63,402 nt of DNA, filler included, from Bigelowiella natans CCMP2755 (GCA_000320545.1; 6 parts of 6 records of this genome joined end to end with filler, not necessarily neighbours in it); one strand, 5' to 3'; counted from the whole stretch's first letter, positions 38,332 through 52,114 are shown. The notes: generated from the letters alone by a model not told the origin. Program-made: numbers and translations.

Positions 38332-38947
38332 TTGCTCCACCACCATCATCCACCAACTTCATGTTTGACCCGCCTTCTTGTTCAGCTCACTCTTGAGTTG
38401 GTCACCGAGAAAAATTCATCATTGAAGTTCACTGAAGTAGAACGAGCTAGCGAAGAGAAGTCAGAAGAAGAATTCATTCGTGCAGTCTTTGAGACAAAGA
38501 AAGAAAGCTTCGTGCATTTGTTTTGAAACAAAGAAGACATGACATTTGAGCGGTCTAGCGGTTGAATTGGTCATGAGACACGCTGATTCATCCTTGTTTT
38601 CCTCAATGGACTGAATCACCAAGGAAAATTGAGGGCAATGCACCTGATGATGTCGACATGCGCATGAATGCTGAATTGAACAAATGAAGTGATTCAATGG
38701 AGCATCTGAAAGGATTGTGGGACACGCTGACTCGCATCCGTGTCTTCCCCGATCTAGATCCCCAAGAAAAATTGAGGGTTTGTTTCACAACCACCGGCCA
38801 TGGCACTTGAATGAACGAACGAATGAATGCAACAAAGCGTTAGAACATGAACCTGACCATCGTGCAATGCTTGATTTGAAAGGATCGTCCTCAGACGTGC
38901 TGACTCAACACATTCTCCCCCAACAAGAGCAACCAAAGAAAATGTGA
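38332..38947 (+). pseudogene. Possible decayed coding remnant next to a CTAG/CATG island
   Basis: Protein-like + strand frames broken by TGA stops and frameshifts (FVHLF*NKEDMTFER; NAELNK*SDSMEHLKGLW); duplicated caag(g/a)aaaattgaggg (SPRKIEG) at ~38620 and ~38763. Confidence 0.3.
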
Positions 38948-40712
38948 GGTTTCGTCTCACATCCGCTGGCCACGAGCGCAAAGACAGATTAGAACATTGG
39001 ATTAGAACGATCGAAACAGTTCCACGCTGTGGGATGTCTTCTCGACCCGTTCACTGCAAATTGCAACTGCGGAGAGTCATTGTTACCGTTACCATGGCCC
39101 ATTTCAAAAAACAGGCCGTGCCAGTGTCCGTCCAGCCTAATATTTCCCTGTCGTAGGACCAAAACAAGTGGGAAAACTACGGGATTGAATCCTTTATTTT
39201 ATCGCGTGCAAGGGGTATGACAAAGCTAGGCAAAAATAATAGGCAAATTCACCAGTAAAAGGCCAGATGAAACGTTTGTTGTCGTCACAGGTACACCTTA
39301 AGGGCCGGCAGCTCTTCCAGCATACCCGGAACACAGGGGATTTCCTGTTCGAAAACATAAAACGCCCACGGTTTTCATCCTGAAAGTAAAATCCTCCCAT
39401 TGTTTTCATCGAATTGTACGGTGTTTGACCGTTTGACTGAACGCTCGCTAGATCTGAAAGCAGCGATGGTGGTGGTGTTTTATTCCGGACGTGGAGAAGT
39501 CGGTAGTGTGGTTGCCTTAAATTTCTTTGCTGCGACATAGAGAATTGCGGTTTAACTTGAGTAATTATACGGGATTTCAGTGATTTCATTGAGAATTTAC
39601 CCTTGTGTAGTCTCATATTACAATGATGTCCGCACGCGCCCCCCACGTCGTTCTCGGGTCTGTAGCGTGCATACTAAGCTACGTAGAGATACATTTGCAT
39701 GTTCACGTTTCAATTGCTGAAGTTTGACCTCCATTCGATCCTCCTTCGCACGGAAAGTTTAAAATGCGAGGCTTTGGCAGTGTGAACCAGCAGTTCCATG
39801 TGTACCACCTCAGCCGTGGTGTTGTTCGATTGCAGGTCCCTACTGCTCCTTGCCTTCGCCGCCTCGGCTGATTCCCAGGATATTAATCCATGGCGTGAGC
39901 AAGGTGGGTAACGAAAATCACGTTTGTGTTGTTCAATGAGGCTGGATCAGATGTCAGCTGTGCTGAAGCCCTGTTCTCATCTGATTCGACGCGTGCATTG
40001 TGATTGTTCGAATCGAATATTAATGTGTGGACCAATGCCTCAGGCCGATTCCACCTTCGCCGTTCTCTACTTTCCAAGTATGGTTACGGCCGCGATCTTC
40101 CGAGTGCAGGTCCATTTCGATATGCTGTTGGAATGTGGTCTTGGGTCTACTAAGAATCATCATACCGAGCTTGTCTTTGCATTGGAGCTAAAGAGCACTG
40201 CCTACCCCTCACCTCATTCGCTGATTAAAATTATCAGGCTCTTCCTATCCGCTCCAAGGAGGCGGAGAGGAGGGTGCCGAGGCTATGCCCCCTCGAGGAG
40301 ACGAGCAACAAGCAGAAACTCCAGAAGATTTGAATGCCGTCTCCCAGCAGGAAGGAGGTCTCCAAGGAGGAGGCGAGGGCGGCAAGAAGGCTGCACCTGT
40401 AACGAAAAACTTCTGTGCGACTGCGGTCGGAGAGGCCAAGGTAGTAATAATAGCAGCAGCAGCAGCAGCAGCTGTAGTTCTCATGGCTATTTTGCAAAGC
40501 TAGCCTTCGTGGCTCGATTGATTTCGTCCCGAAATTTATCTCACCTTTTTAACTGTGCGAAAACTCATCACAGATTCTATGCTACTTCATCGCCAAAACG
40601 ACCTATGAAAGTTTGGAAACCACCTAGTTCCTAACCACAACACTAACAACGCCCCCTCCTCCTCCTCCCCCTTTACGTTGGCACCCTCTTTCTAACTTCC
40701 TGCGACAACACC

Positions 40713-41310
40713 TCTAACGAAAGCTGATGCTTGATGGTTGTCGACTCTGCGCTCTGGTGTCTTTCCCATTTCTCGTCAGCTCTGCTTCTTTCTTCTCTAT
40801 CGTCGTGTTATAGATCTCGCGGTGATTTCCTTGCTGACTGATTGTTGCTGATGTTGTTGGGTCAGGCCTTCTTTCGTGTCTACCATGGTTTGCTGGAAAA
40901 TACATGGTAATCCTGACCATAACAACGTTCACGGAAACAGTTTCCGACGATGCTCGGTTTTGAAAATGTCGATGAATTCTGTCAAACGATGCAGGCAAAA
41001 CTTCGTCGACATTTTCAGCCGGGAGAAACATTATTGCTTTCCGTTTGAACTTGAAGTCATAGCCCTGTTTTTGCCGGTGCATTGCTTTTCCGACGAATGA
41101 ATAATATGTGCCATGATGGCGATGGTAGTGGTAGGGGTGCGTGTGATTAAGTAAGAGAACCTATCTTTCGCCTGCTGCCAAAGGGCCATTATCGCTTGGG
41201 ATATGTGGTTTGAGTATTGTGTTTATTCCACAGCAAAACCTCCAAGGGACGCTTAAGCTTGCTCTCAAATCTTCAGAATCTCAAAGTAGTAGTACCATTC
41301 ATAATAGCCT

Positions 41311-41344
<34 letters not shown>

Positions 41345-41369
41345 TGTGGTGATAATAAAGACAAATGGT

Positions 41370-41415
<46 letters not shown>

Positions 41416-41617
41416 TTCGTAAATCATGATAGGTGAATCGTATCATGTGAAAACACTATCATCTTATATTAGGCGATTTCTGCAACAAGGCGATTGCGGC
41501 AAATGCATGGGCGGTCCCTTATGCCATGGCAGTAGCTCCGTTTGACAACATCAAGTAACTAGAATACCATCACTGAAGAACGGGAGGAGGAGGTGGTGGA
41601 GGAGGAGGAGGAGAAGA

Positions 41618-41648
<31 letters not shown>

Positions 41649-43094
41649 CTCTGTGTGTTTCTTTATGTGTGATATACCCTGAAAAGATGCGCATTATTAC
41701 GACTAACCGCTACCTCTTCCACCACCATTGCTAGGAAAGAATCCGCAGCTGTGGGAGATCCCTTCAAGGCTACGAAGACTTTGTACCAGCGGTATGTATT
41801 CCAACAGACAAACAAAAGAAAGAAAAGAAGAAAGATCCGATCGATGCATGTTGCCTGCAATTCACCCGTTGTCGTCGTCGTCGTCGTCGTTGTTGTTGTT
41901 GTTGTTGTTGTTGTAGCGATGGAGCCCTCGGATATTGGAGGGGAGTTTGGCTGATGGCTCTTCAGGCTGTAGGTCGTTATAATTTCATACATACCATGAT
42001 ACAATCGCACCATCCACTGATGCTCAAACAAAAGAACAGCGTTTTTTCAATGATAAGTGTAGCGCGCTCTCTCTCCCTCCCTCCCTCTCCCCCCCCCCTC
42101 CCCACCTCTCTCTCTCTCTCTCTCTCTCTTTCTCCTTCTCCCTCTTTGATTATGACATTCTTGTCCTTCACGTTGCTCTGTGTAACAACCTCTGGGACCA
42201 GCATGATGACGGTGCTGGGTGGGTGGTGTTGTGGCCTACTGCAATCGGTTATATTTTTTATCAATCAATCCCGCCTCCTCCCCCCCCCCCCTCCCCCCTC
42301 CCTAATACAGCTAAGATAGCGGTCAACCCTTTCGATGACCTCTGCGAGATCAATCCCTAGACTACGATAGCCAAAGACCACCGCCATCTTTTTCTTACCA
42401 CGCTTGAGATAGACTGCATTTCGATCAGCGGAGTTGGTGGTGCCAGGACCCTGTCGACGAATATCCTTGAATATGGTACTGCGCGTTGACTCTGAACCTT
42501 GGGCGCCAAACGTGTCTATTCCCCTCTTGGCTGCTGTGGAGAGCCGAGACGCTCTCTTACAAAACCCTGCAAGAAGGANNNNNNNNNNNNNNNNNNNNNN
42601 NNNNNNNNNNNNNNNNNNNNNNTTAATTAATTAANNNNNNNNNNNNNNNNNNNNNNNNNNNNNNNNNNNNNNNNNNNNGGTTGGAAATGATATAATCTCG
42701 GCTCCGCCAGAAGGCACTTCACCCTATTCTGCGGTGTCGTTTACTTTTTTTCTCATGTCTCGACTCCATAGCTGTCCACTAACCGTCTTAGTCAGCCCCC
42801 CCAGCCATCCCCTGCCCGAAGAAAATGGGGGGGGGGGGGGGGGAGAAAGATCCTGCTGTCACCATCACCAACTTAATAATCACCACACGTTAATAATAAT
42901 AATAATAATAGTAACAATAATAATAATAACAATACCGGGCCTAGCTGCTTTGCCTCCACAAACATCTTAACAGCCCTTTTGTAACCATCACCGTCACGAA
43001 GCAGAAGAGAAGGGGAAAGGGGGTTGAGCACAACATCATGGGAAGAGGAGACGAAAGCGTAACGGTTGGTTGATAAATGGCGAAGACGGAGGAA

Positions 43095-43126
<32 letters not shown>

Positions 43127-44113
43127 GGCACAACATTCAAGACAGGAGCAGCAGCACAGCGTAGTGAGCGCAATAACATCGTCTCATATATCTCGGGCTA
43201 AGGAATATAGCTTTCATATGGCCTCTAAACAGGAGGATGAGAAAGAGTATCTATGATGATAATGATGACGATGATGATGACCATGGCTCTTGCCTTCTAT
43301 GTCGCCGCTACTATCTCTCACAAGCACGAATATTATCGATATTTGCGCGGTGACCACCTGGCGAAAACCCTCTCAGAGAGGACCCCTTGTTGCATCGCTT
43401 TGTCGGTTATTCTCAGCACAGACCGAGCCGATTCTGCTTTATTTAATTGACCTAAGATCGCCTGCACAAAGAAGAGAAAAATGCAATTGAGCTTGGTGAG
43501 GGGTGCTGAAAAGGCCAAGCCGAAGCAACATTCATGATCGATTTGTCGCAGTGTTGTAAGTATCACTTAAAGTCGCACAGCATATCGCTATGCCTGATGT
43601 TCGAATAGCGGGGGGGGGGGGGGGGGACAGGGTATGGTCGTGGGTCTTCTAAACCGCTTGCGTCCCGACAACAGAATATGTAGCGTAAATATCGAATAAC
43701 TCACCAAGTGTATTCAAAACACGTTTTCGGGGTATGAAAATAAATACTTCACCAAAAAGCTCATTTTTATGGCATCGGCCACCTTCTCTTTCGGGTCGAT
43801 CTCGGGTTTGGGCTGCTTTCTAGAGCTGCTGCTGCTGCTGCTGTCAGATTGTTTTGGCGGGGTTTGATTCGCGAACGCCTCGTAGTACTCTTTGAAGGTG
43901 TATACCGTGATCTGAATGATGCCGAATATGTACGGTTTTCGGACAAAGCACAGTCACGCCGCGTGGGATCTTATTTATTCATAAATGTCGACTTTTACAT
44001 CCACACATTTTGTTTTCATCCCTACTATCGCATTTGTTTTCTTAGAATTAAAGGTGTTTTTTTCTCTCTTTTCCCCTGAGATGCAGATGGCGAAGCTCCA
44101 GCATGCACGTGTC

Positions 44114-44189
<76 letters not shown>

Positions 44190-44955
44190 ATATTATGTTC
44201 AATATTAGATGGAGAAGAAAGGGAAGCAGAGGAGCAGAGGAAGAAGAAGAAGAGGAAGAAGCGTTAGCGGCGTACGATTACACCTTTCCATTCCTTGCGA
44301 TTCGTTTGACAGTCTTTTGCTCTTCATTCAGCAGAAAAACGTTTCCTATGTTTGTGATGTCTATTTTAAATGGAGATTCAGAGTACACGCTGCAACGAGG
44401 ATGCTGCTTATACGGCGAGAGAGACTCTTTTACGAATAAAAATACGTTTTTGGCATTATACATATCGGTGTGATTTGCTTGCTAACCAGCCTCATCCATA
44501 CACATTTGAGGGACTTGCTTTGAAATATACTCGTTGATATCTGCAGCTGAAACAGGGCTGGGTTGCTGGTCTCCCCCCTTGGCCTCCGGATCTTTACTTT
44601 CCACTCTGCAGAGAGGGTGAGTTATCCTGTAGCACATAATAGATTTTCTAGTTAGATTCCATCCGAATATACAAAGAAATTAGGATACACTTTTAACATC
44701 ATTTTGCACTTTACATCCATCGTTTCGCGTTTACCTTTGCTTCCTACTAAAGAATCTTGGATAGCGATAAGGGATAAGACCCCGCCCACACCCATCACCG
44801 CGTTTCAGTTTCCCCACAGCTTCGCGCGCCCTTGCGAATTGTTGTGTTCGAGGGAGAAAACCCAAATTTAGATCCAGAACATTCCTCCCCGATATAGACG
44901 CTCCAAAGAGAAGGATGAGGAGGGAGGCAATGATGAACTGATGCAAGCGCATCAT
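40713..44955 (-). CDS. Hypothetical protein with signal peptide + transit-like leader and PPR-like helical segments; spans a gap, may be more than one gene
   Basis: MMRLHQFIIASLLILLFGASISG.. leader; exon-like segments KRIARNGK, YTFKEYYEAF, AILGQLNKAESARSVLRI, PEIYETMLLR, DGYKRAVKMFVEAKQLG. The full exon chain was not resolved. Confidence 0.35.
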
Positions 44956-46184
44956 CGAGAACACGATCGTTCGGACGCCATTCCCGAAAAGTTAAAAAAA
45001 AAAGTCGTAAACAGCCGAAACGGAGGAAAAACTCTGTTTTCAAAGCCTAAAAATTTCCGCTGCGAATTTTCCGCTACAACTTCTAAAATTTGATTGAATC
45101 TATAGTCTCACCCCTGAATTAGATGCGAATTTTGGTATACATCTCATCCTACATGTCGAACCATTGAGGAAAAAAACCGAAGACTTTCTCTTCCGGAAAT
45201 ACCTCTCAAGACCTAAGTACGAGACATAAGCGATTCGAAGCTTGTCGCAAGACTTAAACTACCGGTTTTTAAAGTGGGTAAGATTGCTGAGGGTATGCTC
45301 AAATGAGTTTGCACAGCGCACAGCGTGTTGCACAGTGGTCATAACTCATGTTGTCGTAATGGCAAAAAGCATGTCTTTTGGCAGCTTTTTCACTGAAAAT
45401 GAGGAAAACCTGAACGAAATGGGGATCTGAAAGCCCTTCTTCGGGTCAGAATAACTTCCATGCCACGCTGAAAGATCTACTGAAATTTTCGTTCGTCGAG
45501 GGTAATTGTTGTTGAAAATGGCATGAAACCGCATGTGTTTCTCACATGAGATATAAAAGAGTAAGCACTCCCAGGATTTAGCATCCGAATCAATTCGAAG
45601 AAAATCCAAGAATTCCGTCCCCCCCCCTCGATTTTATCGGAGTGGGAACCTTAAGCTCAACGACGTAGTATTCTTTATTGTAACATTCATGTATACCTGA
45701 GGCTTGATCTAAATATAGAGTTACCTTATTTAGTTTATCCCGCGACTGAAAAATCCCCCTTTGGATAGACTCGAAATTCTAAAGGCGAAACGTTGCCAAA
45801 GACTAAGTAAATGAGGACACGCAAACAGCGATTTAGGTGACTTACTAAACAAAATATGAAGTGATGAAAAACTAAGTTCTCTTAAACAATACAGGAAGTC
45901 AAATCGGCTGGCGAGTTCCCACTCCTTTACTTCAGGAAGCTCTAGCTCCGTCTTTGAGCGTAATTCGATACAAACTATGAACATAGATAAAATTGACAAT
46001 ATTTACGGCATCTAAAAAATACATTTTCACTACTGACATTAAAATATACTAAAATTTACCAGTCTGAGTATTTTCAACAAACCTTTTCAACAAGAAAAAG
46101 AGATAAGTCTGCTATGGAAAAACGGCGTTTTTTAATGCTGAAGTTGACTACTTCAGTTGTAATGATTCTGTCTATCCCTTTCCA

Positions 46185-47146
46185 GGGAGTGGATCCGAGG
46201 ATGCTTCCACTCTGGGTTCGATTTTTGATGGATTAGAAGATATTGGCGTGGATGGCAAGCAGAGCATAACTTCGGGAGTGGGTGAATTGCAGAATTTAGA
46301 TCTGAATTTTGCTGGGGAGTCCCTTGAACAAGAATCGCACCATCCATGTGGCGATGATCCTGGCGGTGGAAGTGAGATTGGGCAGGTCGTTGATTTAAAC
46401 AGAGACTTCCCTCATGTTTAAGAACTATAGTCGAATATTGAAGCTCTGACTTATAGCGTTATGTTTGAATATTTTTTAAGTTATTCACGTAATAATGTCC
46501 ACGCATAATGTTTAGGATTTAATCGGATATTGGTGGTTTTGTTGTTTTTTGCCTTAGCTTTGCTAAATATGTGATAAGGTTTTGAAGTGTCCGTGTGTTT
46601 ATCTAAATATGTCTCTTCCTAGGAGGGTGCGCAAAGCCTTCTTGGAGATATGTCCCAATTAGGAGCACCTCTTTTATGCAGTCTACCGACCTTCAAGAAG
46701 GCCCACAAGCAAACACAGCCTGCTGAGGAAAATGGAAAACCCCTAAAGGAAAGAAAACAAAATGGAAGGATAAACGGCGGTACTAGCAGTCTTCGCAACA
46801 AATCTCTTGGCAAAGAGAAGGCAGATGCTACGGTATTGTATGATTTTTCCCGAAAACGCTAATATTTTTATCGTTATGACATGAAAAATAACTTATTTTG
46901 AACAGAAAACCTCAAAACATGAGACCTCAATCCGATCCGTCTCCTCCTCGACACGCATGAAGAGATTCCCGCGAGTTGGGAGCGGCTCTAGCTCTTCAAT
47001 CTCCCGAGAAAGTGTTCCATCCGACCGCGAGCATGAACTGGTTGTTCGAAATGCAAGGGGAAATATAAATAGAAGGGGGGAAGGTTCTGGAGAATTCCAT
47101 AATCATAAAGGATATAAATATATGCGCGCTGTATTCATATATTACT

Positions 47147-47192
<46 letters not shown>

Positions 47193-49939
47193 TAAATACG
47201 TACATATCATTTTATATATCTCACCAATCTACATGATTAATGGGAAAGCCAAAAATTTTTTTGTTCTACTCACATCGTATAATTTTTGTTCCACAGCCTT
47301 TATCGATGGAGAGGTTGCGAGCAACATCGCCTTCACCCTCATCATCAAGTTCGTTCTTGACCGCCTGTGACAACAAAGTCAATGAACGTTATACTCCAAT
47401 AGCTGAGCCTTCGGCCACTCGACGAGGCACTCGTCAAAGCAAAAATAGCATCAAGGATGATCCTCGTTTCGTATCTGCCAGCCCTGCATCAAAGAATATC
47501 AAACAGCGAAGAAAACGAAGAAAAATAGCTAAAAATGCTACAAAGCAACTGGTTCCAACAAAGCCGCGTGCAAGGAGGCCTACCAAAAGAGGAATATGTG
47601 GCGATGATGGTAAGATAAACGAGCACGGGCACTCCTTGCTGCCCAAGAAGAGTCACAGCATCGACCGCCCTGTCAATGTTTCATCAAAGGCGTCATCATC
47701 GTCGTCGTCGTTATCATTATCATCATCATCATTCCTTCCTACCACGTCCAAAGTTGCGATTCATGAAGCAAAACGAGTGAAAGCACGTACAAAGCGGAAC
47801 GTTGCTGCTGGAGCTGTGAGTGACTTTAATGACGGGGGAAAAGACGTACCCACGGGCTGCTTAGTCAAAGAACCTCATACCAAACGAACTCAGGGAGGGA
47901 AGACACATCTCCATGATTTTCGTTCTGTGGATTTAATCACACGCAAACAGGACAAGCTTGCCAATGCTGCCGCTGTGCAAGCTGCATTACTCATTCAATC
48001 CAATAATAAATCAAGAGGCAAAATTAAGGGGAGGCACGAAAAAGGGTAAAAAGGCCGCAGTGAAAAAATAAATATATTCAACATGAAATTATTTTCTTCA
48101 TACGAAAGGGGTATTGTGAGCTTCTGTAATGTTTGATACTTCGCGAGTAGGCTGTGAGTTAGTTTTTGGAAGATGACGAATTATTATGCTAAGCAAATGG
48201 GATATTTCCTTTATTCATCTTTCATTATTATATAAAAATTCTGATTTTAAAATATCTTATTCTGTAGATGTCCGGGTCAACGACAGGTGTCCAATACCAT
48301 ATCTTCAGTCACCCGTTCACAGAGGAATAAATACCATGCGAAAACAAATACGGATATCATAGTCGGCAAGAAACGACGAGGAAGGGGACGAGGTGCGAAG
48401 AACGAAATAAGCAGTAATAGTAAGAACAAGCAGGGAAACTCTATTGTGAAAAGTAAAAAAAGTAATGAAAGAAAAGAGGAAAGGCAGAAGCAGAAGAACC
48501 AGAGGAATGGCTATAAAGCTGGTGAGTTATGTGATGGTGGTAGGGTGGAGTCAACGCCACGGGTACATAGAACAGAACTTTCTTCGTTTAAGATTCCACG
48601 CATGTCGAATACCTCCACTACAACGAAACTTTCAGAAGTCGGTCCGTCTGATCTTCCTGGTGACAAGCAGCAGCAGCATCAACGTAATATGCAGGCATTC
48701 CAACTCCCCTATCCAACTTCAAAAGAGGCTGTGAACAGCAGTGTGATGAAGATCCATTCAATTCAACACGATAAACATGGACAGCAGCCAAAGCAGCAGG
48801 CAAAGCGAACGATGATGGCTTGTAAAATTGGGAAAGGGGATGTGGCAGTGATGTCGAATCAACTCGAAAGCAAGGATACTTTGCCATTTACACCCTTCAC
48901 TTCTGCTTCCAAGAAGATTAAAAGAAAACGAAAAAATGAAGATAACAATGGGGATACCGTTGGAAAGGGCAGGAAATCACTGGGAAAACCTTCACTAGTA
49001 AATGCTGCAAAAGAAGGGAAGAATAACGACGCTCCCTCTTCTTCCAAGTGCTGGTTTTGCGGTGAGACTAAGCGTCTCAGTAGTCCCTCCGAGGTATTTC
49101 ACTAACCGACACTTCAATATTACATTATCATTCTCCGATACATACAAATGAATTCAGCAATTTTTGTCTTGTGTGCGAGAGCGCATTTTGGAACATACAA
49201 TTTTTTTTTTCCTTATATATGTCACCAGAGCAGCAACTGAAGTAGTATGTGAACTCGATTGACCTCATTCGCTAATTTTTGTTATTTCAACTCTCCAGGT
49301 TCTGAAAAGGGCATGTCCAAAACTTGGTCCAGATACAAAAGTATGCTGGCGCCATATCGAGCCTCTCAACGACACATGGTATGTATTAAATTACAGCATT
49401 GAGACGTAATGCAGAATCTCATAATTAGAGTAGAAGAGAAAGTAAAAAATTATTTCAGTTCTCTTGAGATTCGTTCAGTAAATGAATACTCTTACAGGCC
49501 AGAGATGATCCGCCTTCGCGACTTTCATTCTCCACGAGGACTTCCTAGAAGCGGAATAGTCCCAAGATTTCTGCATTCTAGTGCCAAGGTATGCATGCAT
49601 GCATGTTGACGGTAAATATTGTGAGAAAAAGGATTGAAGAAAAGGAACATAAGGGGCAAATAAAAGTTGGAAGTAGAGTCATGTAGAATTTTATCAAGGG
49701 AACATTAATGATCGCATCTATTATCACTGAGGTTATGAAGTATGATTATGTATTCATCGGTTTGGTTCCTATCATTAACATAGGAGGCGTTCGCGAGGAA
49801 GATATTACAAAATGCTTACTCGAAGCACTACTGCTGGGATACAGACAACATGCAATCTCGTCGCCGCAGATCAACTAGTAGTAAAAGTAGTACCAATAAT
49901 GGGAACAACAGCAATCCTCCTGGTGATTCACAAATATGA
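46185..49939 (+). CDS. Hypothetical Lys/Arg/Ser-rich disordered (probably nuclear) protein with C-terminal Cys/His motif; start probably near 45150-45450
   Basis: Long exons in ORFs 47240-48049 and 48287-49105 with NLS-like KKRRGRGR and KKIKRKRK; splicing gives KCWFCGE..RACPKLGPDTKVCWRH; stop at 49937-49939. Confidence 0.6.
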
Positions 49940-50138
49940 ATAGTAGTTGTACCCTTGATGATATATGACAATGAAGCAATAAACTCTTATTTGCATAAGG
50001 TAAGGTAGAGAGAGGGGGAAAGGGAGATTGAGAAATGGAGGAAGTTAATAGAGTGTGGTTGATATGGATTAATCATTATTTTGATTACTAATTGTGTTCA
50101 TGGTGTGTGTGTGCGTGTGTTTCTCTGTGTGTGAGTAG

Positions 50139-50474
50139 TCAAAAAAAAAAGCGCCGTTGAATCGGATGAACGGAAGCATGAGTGCCTCCTGAATTAATGG
50201 AAGGGTTTACCAACAGAGATTCAACATCTTCAAAATTGCCCGTCCCCGTGCAAGGGAAGAAGGGCAATTCAGGATTCTTTTGTCGTGAATATCTCGGTAG
50301 TGGAAGGGCAATTGTTTGTTCAAAGCCCTCACATTGTACCTCTACAATAGAAGCAAAATCGTTTACTTCTAGCACAGCTCTCGGACAGGAAACATTTCTA
50401 ACTTTGGCTTCAGAATGGCATGCTACATCAACTACTCTCACAGTTTGTGCGCATCTTAATTCTTTCCAAAACAT
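50139..50474 (-). pseudogene. Possible ORF remnant of unknown origin adjoining a CTAG/CATG island
   Basis: 111-aa globular-looking frame (..RAVLEVNDFASIVEVQCEGFEQTIALPLPRYSRQKNPELPFFPCTG..) without clear splice context. Confidence 0.25.
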
Positions 50475-50619
50475 GTTACATGTGCATCAATGTGCATAGC
50501 AACATTAGAAAAAGCTTCAAAGTCAAGATTTACTTAACATTGCAACCTCCATTAGAGCTAATTGTTGGTCCGGATGATTTGTTCGAACATGCTCTAGATG
50601 CTTGCTCTGCAACTTGACT

Positions 50620-50841
50620 AGTTGTGCTCACATGATTTCATTTAGAGGCAAATCACATGGTGAATGACGTTGCTCGCTGCACATCGCGCTGTGCTGGCTA
50701 GCTGGACGGATTGCATGCTAGCACGCACATGCAACAAATGTCTAGATGTGCAATGCTAGAATGCAATGTCACGAAAGCATGGCTATCTAGCTATGTGGTG
50801 AGCAGTCTGACAGTCCTGCTAGCCTGTCCACCTGCAGAGTC

Positions 50842-50879
<38 letters not shown>

Positions 50880-51350
50880 CTCTGGCTCTGCAGTCTAGAC
50901 CTAGCTAGCTAGCTAGCTAGACACACCTAGACACTTTGACACACATCTGGACATGCAACAGCAGGAACAGCAGTCTAGCAGTGCCAAGTGCTTGATTGAC
51001 GAGTGCGAGAAGTGGGAGAAAAACTGGAAAAGAAGGAAAGATTTTGGCTGACCAACTCCGTCAAAATTGCAATGAATTGTGAGAATGAGCATTTGGAAGC
51101 TTTTGCGCGACCATGCTAGCTAGCTAGCATGCATGTCTGGCTAGCTAAACGTGGCCCATTGCTAGCTAGCATTGGGCTGCAGAGCGCACCTCCTTGGTGC
51201 ACTCATGTGCACTTCAGAACACGTGCAACACGGACAATGCCAGCAATGTGTGCATGCAAGAACGTGAGCACAAAACACCACGTCTAGCACGTGTTCTCAA
51301 GAACACGCTAGCACGCTAGCTAGCACGTTCTTCTAGCTGCTGTGACATTG
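50620..51350. repeat. CTAG/CATG/TGCA/AGCT-rich intergenic island; similar islands at ~190-330, 5030-5700, 13330-13830, 20250-21060, 24540-24920, 37780-38330
   Basis: Dense GCTAGCTAGC, GCATGC, TCTAGA and TGTGCA words; shared words include gctagctagctagac, tgtccacctg and gcaaatcacatg. Confidence 0.65.
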
Positions 51351-51475
51351 TTAGTCAAATCGTTTCCCGTGTGTGGAAGCCAAAGGTTGTTGCGCGTAAG
51401 GTGTTCACAGGCCGAGGCGCTACGTGCACAAGTAGGCAGGGGGGGGGAAAGGCACGTTTGCTTCCTTTTGAAGAG

Positions 51476-51730
51476 TTGTGTTTATTTTTATTAAAGATTA
51501 TATTTTTATTAAATCGTGCACTGCGTAATCATTCGCGAAGCTTTCGCGAATGCCGCCGCACGTGGGGCAGCACACTTCCGGTGTGCTGCCATGAGTCCCG
51601 CCGGAACCCACGTGCCTATGCTGTATTAATATCTACGTTATCTATATTCTATATCCGCGACAACCCCTTTGTTGTCGCACGTGACTTGTGCCCGCGTAGT
51701 GGTACGCGCTACACCTCCCCCAAGTCACGT
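51476..51730. other. Cluster of perfect and branched inverted repeats flanked by AT-rich tracts (structured RNA or cruciform element)
   Basis: CATTCGCGAA/TTCGCGAATG 51530-51552; GCACGTGGG/CCCACGTGC 51558-51615 enclosing GGCAGCACAC/GTGTGCTGCC; GCGACAAC/GTTGTCGC 51657-51678; ACGTGACTTG/CAAGTCACGT 51679-51730 enclosing CGCGTA/TACGCG. Confidence 0.8.
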
Positions 51731-52083
51731 TGCTCCTTCCTTCCTTCCTTATTCCCTTAGACCTTCATCGCTTTCGGAACTTCACCAACCACCAGGTAAT
51801 AGATTCCTCTCTAACCTTATCTCCTTTGTCGCTTACCCAGAACTCACCTTCGTCCTTAGGTTCGTGCCTCATGGGAGACAAGCATGTGCATGCAACAGAG
51901 CCTCAACAACAGTCTGGTGCTGCGCTGCCCGAAGGCCTCACTAGCTCAGTTGAACAATGAACAATGAACAATGATAAAGAACTACATTTCCAAAATGAAA
52001 TGCGTGCCGGTTAGATGCAGACATTTGCCAAAACATCCTAGATGTAATTTCCCAATGGCTAAAGGACGAGAAAACATTCTCGC

Positions 52084-52114
<31 letters not shown>

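Noticed and set aside
51585-51610. Hammerhead-ribozyme resemblance (CTGCCATGAGTCC..GGAAC in a three-way junction)
   Set aside because: The conserved CUGAUGA and GAAA core boxes are not intact; kept only as an unnamed structure.
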